DNA of 64,000 nucleotides from Candidatus Parcubacteria bacterium (GTDB lineage Bacteria; Patescibacteriota; Patescibacteriia; UBA1558; GWA2-36-10): NCBI GenBank assembly GCA_018664825.1, contig JABJNO010000010.1, positions 8,832 to 72,831 of the forward strand, read 5' to 3'. Shown piece by piece: positions 58,326 to 64,000 of this stretch (position 1 is its first letter; each line of letters starts with the position of its first letter). The notes under the pieces were generated by a model. It saw only the letters and a program-made list of their open reading frames with translations, ran no database searches and was not told where the DNA came from. The position numbers and the translations under genes were made by a program.

Positions 58326-58358
58326 GGGACAATGCAACGCATTGTCCCTTTTATTTTT
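58326..58358 (+). terminator. Rho-independent terminator
   Basis: GGGACAATGCAACGCATTGTCCC followed by TTTTATTTTT. Confidence 0.8.
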
Positions 58359-58364
58359 ACAAAC

Positions 58365-58391
58365 AAAAAACCACCCTTTCGGGTGGCTTTT
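58365..58391. terminator. Bidirectional hairpin terminator (serves tsf on the minus strand)
   Basis: AAAAAACCACCCTTTCGGGTGGCTTTT. Confidence 0.65.
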
Positions 58392-58401
58392 AAAAATATT
58401 T

Positions 58402-59175
58402 TTATAATGAATAATATCCAAAAGTTTCTATCACTGCTTTATTTTCTTCCAAAAATTTTTCAATCGGTTTTTTATCTTCTTTGACAAAATTTTGTTTCAA
58501 TAAACAAACTTCAGTATAATATTTGTTAATCTTACCTTCAGAAATTTTAGCAATCATATTTTCTGGCTTACCTTCTTTTTTCAACTGTTCAGCATAAATT
58601 TCTCTCTCTTTATCAAGTTCTGCAGTTGGTACGTCTTCTGGTTTCAAATATCCAGGAGCCATAGCAGCTGTATGCATAGCAATTTCTCTAGCAATTTCTT
58701 CACTACCCTCTGACAATACTATGGCAGCAGCTACCTTTTTGTTTGAGTGAAGATAAGTACCAATTATTTTACCTTCCAAGATATCAAAGTTGGCAAGTTG
58801 CAAATTTTCACCAATTTTTGTAATCAATTCATCTTGGATATATTTGGTAGCCCAATTTTCAAACTCATCTTTACCCATTTCCAAAAGTTTTTTAGCCAAA
58901 TCTTCTACAGCATTTTGAAAATCTTCGTTACGAGCTACAAAATCAGTTTCACAACCAAGACCAACAATAGCTAGCTTGTCTCCGTCTTTACTCAAGGCTA
59001 TTACACCTTCTTTGATTTCTCTGTCTGATTTTTTAGCAGCAATCTTTTGGCCTTTTTTGCGCAAAATTTCTATTGCTTTATCTTTGTCACCACCTGCTTC
59101 GTCCAATGCTTTTTTTACATCTGACATTCCAGCACCCGTGATGGATCTGACATCTTTTATTAATTCAAATGACAT
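58402..59175 (-). CDS. tsf: Elongation factor Ts
   Basis: LIKDVRSITGAGMSDVKKALDEAGGDKDKAIEILRKKG (UBA-like N-terminus of EF-Ts). Confidence 0.9.
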   Translation of the reverse strand: MSFELIKDVRSITGAGMSDVKKALDEAGGDKDKAIEILRKKGQKIAAKKSDREIKEGVIALSKDGDKLAIVGLGCETDFVARNEDFQNAVEDLAKKLLEMGKDEFENWATKYIQDELITKIGENLQLANFDILEGKIIGTYLHSNKKVAAAIVLSEGSEEIAREIAMHTAAMAPGYLKPEDVPTAELDKEREIYAEQLKKEGKPENMIAKISEGKINKYYTEVCLLKQNFVKEDKKPIEKFLEENKAVIETFGYYSL

Positions 59176-59190
59176 TTTTATTTTTTTAAA

Positions 59191-59871
59191 TTATTGTTTA
59201 GCTTGACTGATTGTCTCAGATACCAAATTGGTAATTACTTCGATTGATTTGATTGCATCATCGTTTGCTGGGATCGGATATTTGGCTACTTCTGGATTTA
59301 CATTTGTATCAGACATAGCGATTACTGGGATACCAACTTTGTTGGCCTCGGTCACAGCTGTTTTTTCTTTTCTCAAATCAACCACAAAAATTGCTTGAGG
59401 TAATTTTTTCATACTTTTGATACCACCGACAGTGTCTAGCAATTTATTCATCTCTTTCTTGAAAGTAACCTGTTCTTTTTTGATATACATATCCCAGGTA
59501 CCATCTTGCTCTTCTTTTTCCAATCTTTCCAATTTTTTTGTCAATTTGACAATATTGGCAAAATTGGTAAAAGTACCGCCCAACCAACGACCAACAATAT
59601 ATGGCATGCCACAATTATCAGCTGCTTCTTTGACGATTTGTTTGGCTTGTTTTTTTGAGCCAATAAATAAAATAACGCCACCGGCTTTAGTTATTTTTTC
59701 TACAAAAGCCAAGGCTTCTTTCAAAGCATCACTAGTCTTTTGTAAATCAATAATGTGAATTCCGTTGCGTTCTGAATGAATGTAAGAGCTGGCTTTAGGA
59801 TATCTTTTTGAGGTTTTATGCCCAAAATGAACTCCCTTTTTCAACAACTCTTCTAAAGTTGGTAAACTCAT
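59191..59871 (-). CDS. rpsB: 30S ribosomal protein S2
   Basis: LLKKGVHFGHKTSKRYPKASSYI. 226 aa. Confidence 0.95.
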   Translation of the reverse strand: MSLPTLEELLKKGVHFGHKTSKRYPKASSYIHSERNGIHIIDLQKTSDALKEALAFVEKITKAGGVILFIGSKKQAKQIVKEAADNCGMPYIVGRWLGGTFTNFANIVKLTKKLERLEKEEQDGTWDMYIKKEQVTFKKEMNKLLDTVGGIKSMKKLPQAIFVVDLRKEKTAVTEANKVGIPVIAMSDTNVNPEVAKYPIPANDDAIKSIEVITNLVSETISQAKQ

Positions 59872-60039
59872 TGTTTTTTCCTTTCTTACCCATATTTTGT
59901 TATCTGACTACCCTGCCGGCTGGCAGAGAAGAAAAGCCCGATATTTATACAAAATATTTGTGTTAATTAATTGACAAGGCATACTTTAACATAATATTTT
60001 GAAAAAATCAAGGGCTTATATGAGAATATACCCAAAAGT

Positions 60040-60068
60040 TGACAAAACCATACATTTCTGCTATATTA
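60040..60068 (+). promoter_or_regulatory. Sigma-70-type promoter (TTGACA, 17-nt spacer, TATATT) upstream of nadM-like gene
   Basis: TTGACAAAACCATACATTTCTGCTATATT. A second TTGACA...CATAAT box lies at about 59971-59999. Confidence 0.45.
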
Positions 60069-60123
60069 CATCGATTTCTTCGATCCTTACAACACAACTG
60101 AAAATAAACCAAGGAGACTCAAA

Positions 60124-61239
60124 ATGACTCATGAACGTGTAATCACCAACTTTCAAATCTTGGAAAAATGGAAAGACGAAGGGCACAAAATCGCTCTGTG
60201 GATTGGCCGTGCCAAACTACCCCACATCGGGCACATTTCTTACCTCAAGGCTCTTTGGGAAAAGGGCTACAAGCTAGTAATTGCCAATGGCTCTTGCTAC
60301 ACAATCAACAGCGACAACCCCATTCAGGTCTTTGAAGTACAGGCTATGTTGGCCTTGTCTCTTCGACTCGAAGGAGTTCCTGCTGATGATTTTACCTTTG
60401 TCCCCGTCCCTGACTTTCATGACAACGACAAGTGGCGAGCATTTGTCACTGGTATGCCAAACTTTTGCCTGATCAATGCTCTGGCAACAGACAATCCTCG
60501 AGTCACCGAGGCTCTGGGTGACGCAGTCAAAGGTATGGAATTACTCGAACGCGATATCATCACTGATGAAATTGACATCAACGCTACTCGCTTACGAGCA
60601 GCTGTGCGTGACAATAACATCGGAGTCTGGGAAAAATATGCTGCCACTGGTACCAAAGCTTTTTTGGCTGCCTCTGGAGACTTTTATCGGATTGCCAATG
60701 CAGTCCTAGGAAAGGATACAGACTTTGAACAAGGTCGGCAGTGTGTTGATCTATTTATGTTTGTCCATGATGGTTTCCGCTGGCAAGTAGTCCTCGGCAA
60801 TCGTCGTGACAAACCAGGTAAAGACTTTGTCGGTTATCTGGCTAGCCCAGGTGGAGGTATCGAGGACTACGAAAGTCCTATCCAGGCAGCTTTGCACGAA
60901 GCCAGTGAAGAAACTGGTATTCCTATGCGCATCAGCGAACCCCATATCCTGCCTTCACAAATTGTCATTGCCAACAATCAACTAGCTCACCTGCATTATG
61001 TAGGTAAGTTTTCCAGTCCAGATCCTAAGCTGAGCGGAAAAGATGGTGGAACCAGCATGGTCTTTATGACCATTTACGATGGCTCTATCGACTCCCTAGA
61101 GAGATACATCAGTTCTGGATCAGATCTGGAAAATGTCCGACTAGTCTCTGTCGAAGAGGCCCTTTCTACCACACTAGCCTTCCAGCAGTCTACTATGCTC
61201 AAAAGAGCATATAAACTTTTGGAAAAAATCCGGGGGTAA
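60124..61239 (+). CDS. nadM: Bifunctional NMN adenylyltransferase / Nudix hydrolase (NadM-Nudix type)
   Basis: N-terminal nucleotidyltransferase with H-x-G-H (LPHIGHISYL). C-terminal Nudix box GGGIEDYESPIQAALHEASEETGI. GC-rich. Confidence 0.65.
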   Translation: MTHERVITNFQILEKWKDEGHKIALWIGRAKLPHIGHISYLKALWEKGYKLVIANGSCYTINSDNPIQVFEVQAMLALSLRLEGVPADDFTFVPVPDFHDNDKWRAFVTGMPNFCLINALATDNPRVTEALGDAVKGMELLERDIITDEIDINATRLRAAVRDNNIGVWEKYAATGTKAFLAASGDFYRIANAVLGKDTDFEQGRQCVDLFMFVHDGFRWQVVLGNRRDKPGKDFVGYLASPGGGIEDYESPIQAALHEASEETGIPMRISEPHILPSQIVIANNQLAHLHYVGKFSSPDPKLSGKDGGTSMVFMTIYDGSIDSLERYISSGSDLENVRLVSVEEALSTTLAFQQSTMLKRAYKLLEKIRG

Positions 61240-61243
61240 GTCC

Positions 61244-62053
61244 ATGGAAAAAATCAGAGTTACAATCTTCCAGGGCAAAAAGCCCCGTTATGGAGAAAAC
61301 GAAGCTCTCCTGAGTGCCCTGACTCGACAATTCCAAATTGTCGAGATGAGACAAGCTCAGATTATCTTGGTAATTGGTGGTGACGGCTCGATGGTCGAAG
61401 CTGCCAAACAATACCATACACTGGGTATACCTCTCTATGGCATCAGCCGTGGCACAATCGGCTTTCTGCTCAATGAGCATGAAGATGATGATGATTTTGC
61501 CACCGAAATCAAGCAGGCAATCAAAACTACCTTTCCTCTACTGGAAGCAGTAGTCGAGTTCTATGATGGTAGGCCGGTTGCCAAAGAGCTGGCTTTCAAC
61601 GATGTCTGGACCAAGGCGGTCAACCCACGTGGCCAAGGTGCCAAGCATACGATATCCATCAATGGTGAGGATATCATGCAAGGACACCGGCGAGACTTTT
61701 TCATGGGTGATGGGATTATCGTCTGCACTGCGGGCGGCTCAACTGCTTATAGTCGTTCGGCTGGCGGTATCATCCTCGACCCTATGGAAAATCGCTCTAT
61801 TGGTCTGACACCGATTTGCTCCTACATCCCTCACGACTTTGCTCCTCAGGTCCTGCCTAGTGACAGCGTAGTGGTCATCGATATGATCGAAGACGACAAA
61901 CGCCAACACCTGGTAATGGCCGACAACCGAGGTTTTAGTGGAGTCCGTCGAGTGACTATCAGAAAATCTCAATTTTCAGTAAATCTCCTGTTCAAGGAAA
62001 GACGTTCCTATTGGCACAAAACCAATAGCCTACGATTCCCCTGGCAGGCATAA
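61244..62053 (+). CDS. nadK: NAD kinase
   Basis: GGDGS motif and [15 protein letters not shown]. 269 aa. GC-rich. Confidence 0.8.
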   Translation: MEKIRVTIFQGKKPRYGENEALLSALTRQFQIVEMRQAQIILVIGGDGSMVEAAKQYHTLGIPLYGISRGTIGFLLNEHEDDDDFATEIKQAIKTTFPLLEAVVEFYDGRPVAKELAFNDVWTKAVNPRGQGAKHTISINGEDIMQGHRRDFFMGDGIIVCTAGGSTAYSRSAGGIILDPMENRSIGLTPICSYIPHDFAPQVLPSDSVVVIDMIEDDKRQHLVMADNRGFSGVRRVTIRKSQFSVNLLFKERRSYWHKTNSLRFPWQA

Positions 62054-62058
62054 ACCAC

Positions 62059-62091
62059 GCGCCCTTATCTCACGATAAGGGCGCTTTTATT
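62059..62091 (+). terminator. Rho-independent terminator
   Basis: GCGCCCTTATCTCACGATAAGGGCGC followed by TTTTATT. Confidence 0.8.
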
Positions 62092-62178
62092 CACAATAAT
62101 TCATACTATTCTGCCTATACTCTTGACTTTTACAAGTGTTTCTGCTATTCTGCTGGGGTATTAAATTTTAGAAATTAT

Positions 62179-62511
62179 ATGAAAAAAGATACACATCCAA
62201 CCTATTTTAAAGACGCGAAGATTATCTGCGCTTGTGGCAGTACTTTTGTGCTTGGCTCAACAGTCAAAGAAACTAAAGTAGAAATCTGCTCAAAATGTCA
62301 TCCTTTTTATACCGGCAAAGAAAAACTAATTGATACTGCTGGTCGTGTTGATAGATTCAAAAAAATCAAAGAGCTCAAAGAAAAGACTGCTAAAACTAGA
62401 AAAGGTAAAGCTGTCAAAAAAGCTCGTTCTGCTGAAAGAAAGATTGAAAAAGAAAAGGCTAAAATCAAAAAAGAAATTGCTGACAACAGTAAACCAAAAA
62501 CTAAAAAATAA
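62179..62511 (+). CDS. rpmE: 50S ribosomal protein L31 with a Lys-rich C-terminal extension
   Basis: [23 protein letters not shown]...[11 protein letters not shown] (zinc-ribbon CxxC...CxxC). Confidence 0.85.
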   Translation: MKKDTHPTYFKDAKIICACGSTFVLGSTVKETKVEICSKCHPFYTGKEKLIDTAGRVDRFKKIKELKEKTAKTRKGKAVKKARSAERKIEKEKAKIKKEIADNSKPKTKK

Positions 62512-62598
62512 CTTTGTTATAAAAATAAGAAAGCTCTATTGGTAATACCAGGGGCTTTTTTGGTATAATAAATATATTCACATTGAATAAACAAAAAT

Positions 62599-63651
62599 AT
62601 GAAAATTGATCTAACAGAATTAAAACAAAAAATTGGCGAATTGGAAACTGAAATGCAAAAATCTGAAGTAGTTTCTAATGCTAATAAAATGTCAAAACTT
62701 GGTAAAGAATACAATGCTACCAGAGAAATTTTTGAATTGGCTGAAACTGTAGAAAAAACTGAAAAAGATATAGACAATCTACAGACCTCTGTTGGCTCCG
62801 AAACTGACGACGAAATGATTGCTTTGACTCAAGAAGAAATCACCGCCCTAGAAAAAAGACTTTTGGAGGACAAAGAAAAACTAGAAGATCTAGCCAACCC
62901 AGCTGACCCAAATGACAAACGAGACATTATCCTAGAAATCAGGGCTGGTACAGGTGGCGATGAATCTGCTCTTTTTGCATCTGACCTGTTCCGTATGTAT
63001 ACTCGCTTTGCCGAAACAAATGACTGGAAAATAAATATCCTCTCTTCAAATCGTACAGAAATTGGCGGCTTCAAAGAAATAATCGCCGAAGTGACTGGCG
63101 ACAATGTTTATAAACACTTCAAATTTGAAAGTGGAGTTCATCGTGTCCAACGTGTACCAGAAACCGAAAAAGCAGGCCGTGTCCATACCAGTGCTGCTAC
63201 TGTAGCCGTGATGCCCGAAGCCGAAGAAGTAGATCTAGAAATAAAAACAAACGATTTGAGGGTTGATACTTTTTGTGCATCTGGAAATGGTGGACAATCG
63301 GTAAATACAACTTATTCAGCTGTACGCATTACTCATATCCCTACCAATACTGTAGTTTCTTGCCAAGACGAAAAATCTCAAACTCAAAACAAACTCAAAG
63401 CTATGCAAATCTTGCGTTCTAGAATCTTGGCAAAACTAGAAGACGAAAAAAATGCCAAAAATGCAGCTACTCGCAAAAGCCAAATAGGTACTGGCGATCG
63501 TAGTGAAAAAATCCGTACTTACAATTTTCCTCAAGATAGACTGACCGATCATCGCATCAAGCTTACTCTACATAATCTAGACAAAATACTAGGTGGCGAT
63601 CTAATGCCAATAATAAAAGAACTATGGCAAGCCGCCAAGAAAACCGAATAA
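62599..63651 (+). CDS. prfA: Peptide chain release factor 1
   Basis: GGQ motif ([11 protein letters not shown]). PET tripeptide ([23 protein letters not shown]) of PxT type, indicating RF1. Confidence 0.9.
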   Translation: MKIDLTELKQKIGELETEMQKSEVVSNANKMSKLGKEYNATREIFELAETVEKTEKDIDNLQTSVGSETDDEMIALTQEEITALEKRLLEDKEKLEDLANPADPNDKRDIILEIRAGTGGDESALFASDLFRMYTRFAETNDWKINILSSNRTEIGGFKEIIAEVTGDNVYKHFKFESGVHRVQRVPETEKAGRVHTSAATVAVMPEAEEVDLEIKTNDLRVDTFCASGNGGQSVNTTYSAVRITHIPTNTVVSCQDEKSQTQNKLKAMQILRSRILAKLEDEKNAKNAATRKSQIGTGDRSEKIRTYNFPQDRLTDHRIKLTLHNLDKILGGDLMPIIKELWQAAKKTE

Positions 63652-64000
63652 ACTCAAAAAAAACTATCAAACAATTGATAGACAAATATCAATCTGACTT
63701 GCCCCGAGATGAGTTGGAGCAAGTTTTGACTTTGGTTCTACACAAAAAAATAGAATATATTTATAAAAATCCTGACAAATTATTGCCTAGGACTTCTATT
63801 TTGTCTTTTCAAAAACTAGTCAAAAAAAGACTAACCGGCTGGAGCCTAGCCTCTTTGCGTGGTTTCAAAGAATTTTATGGTATCGATTTTTTGGTAAATA
63901 GATGTACTCTTGTCCCCCGCCCCGAAAGCGAACTGCTAGTAGAGGTTGCTTTGAAAAATATCAAAAAAGATTTTAAGATTTTGGATATTGGCACTGGTAG
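63624..64000 (+). CDS. prmC: Release factor glutamine methyltransferase, partial (continues past the window end)
   Basis: Hand translation from ATG 63624 in frame 0: [38 protein letters not shown]...[39 protein letters not shown]...KILDIGTG. These are HemK motifs. Overlaps the prfA 3' end. Confidence 0.75.
   Translation, partial: MASRQENRINSKKTIKQLIDKYQSDLPRDELEQVLTLVLHKKIEYIYKNPDKLLPRTSILSFQKLVKKRLTGWSLASLRGFKEFYGIDFLVNRCTLVPRPESELLVEVALKNIKKDFKILDIGTG

Noticed and set aside
1-64000. CRISPR arrays, IS elements, integrases or transposases
   Set aside because: No regularly spaced direct repeats, no transposase or integrase-like ORFs, and no terminal inverted repeats were found flanking the GC-rich islands.

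Overview
AT-rich (about 30-35% GC) bacterial chromosomal segment with several discrete GC-rich (about 50% GC) insertions. The gene content (reduced core metabolism, glycolysis genes, a large Rhs surface toxin, glycan-modification genes, ribosomal and translation genes) is compatible with a small-genome CPR/Patescibacteria-like organism; that assignment is an inference only.

Core genes recognised:
- mltG (partial), manC-like, uppP, two tandem gpmI paralogs, eno, pgk, gap.
- trpS, cysS, pyrH, ricT/PSP1, tsf, rpsB, rpmE, prfA, prmC (partial), nadM-Nudix, nadK.
- A SpoU/TrmH methyltransferase, a 930-aa sensor histidine kinase, a lipid-handling cluster (HAD-IB, PlsC, FadD-like, alpha/beta hydrolase), and a glycan-modification cluster (PIG-L deacetylase, two GT2, APH-like kinase, nucleotidyltransferase).
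- Three minus-strand tRNAs, two of them atypical.

Most notable observations:
1. A six-gene tandem array (7243-10863) of paralogs with 20-aa LRR-like repeats and a conserved C-terminal motif, inserted between eno and pgk.
2. A four-gene tandem array (52971-54737) of paralogs with C-terminal WG-type beta repeats, next to gap.
3. Both arrays share a homologous N-terminal Cys-containing helical module, so they form one modular family with swapped C-terminal repeat domains (candidate undescribed system).
4. An Rhs/YD polymorphic-toxin locus: a 2535-aa SpvB/FG-GAP/LamG/YD/Rhs-core protein plus a short Rhs-core protein whose C-terminal domain is a peptidase M15 (peptidoglycan hydrolase), each followed by a small membrane-anchored candidate immunity gene.
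5. GC-rich islands: trpS plus an MfnA-like PLP decarboxylase; a candidate Trp T-box leader upstream of a TrpD-like gene; a sigma-70 region-4-like protein plus a hypothetical inserted between pyrH and tsf; nadM-Nudix/nadK.
6. A tRNA-like gene with a 23-nt insertion in the anticodon arm, a tRNA with a 9-nt anticodon loop, and a promoter-to-terminator unit for an unclassified sRNA of about 145 nt.
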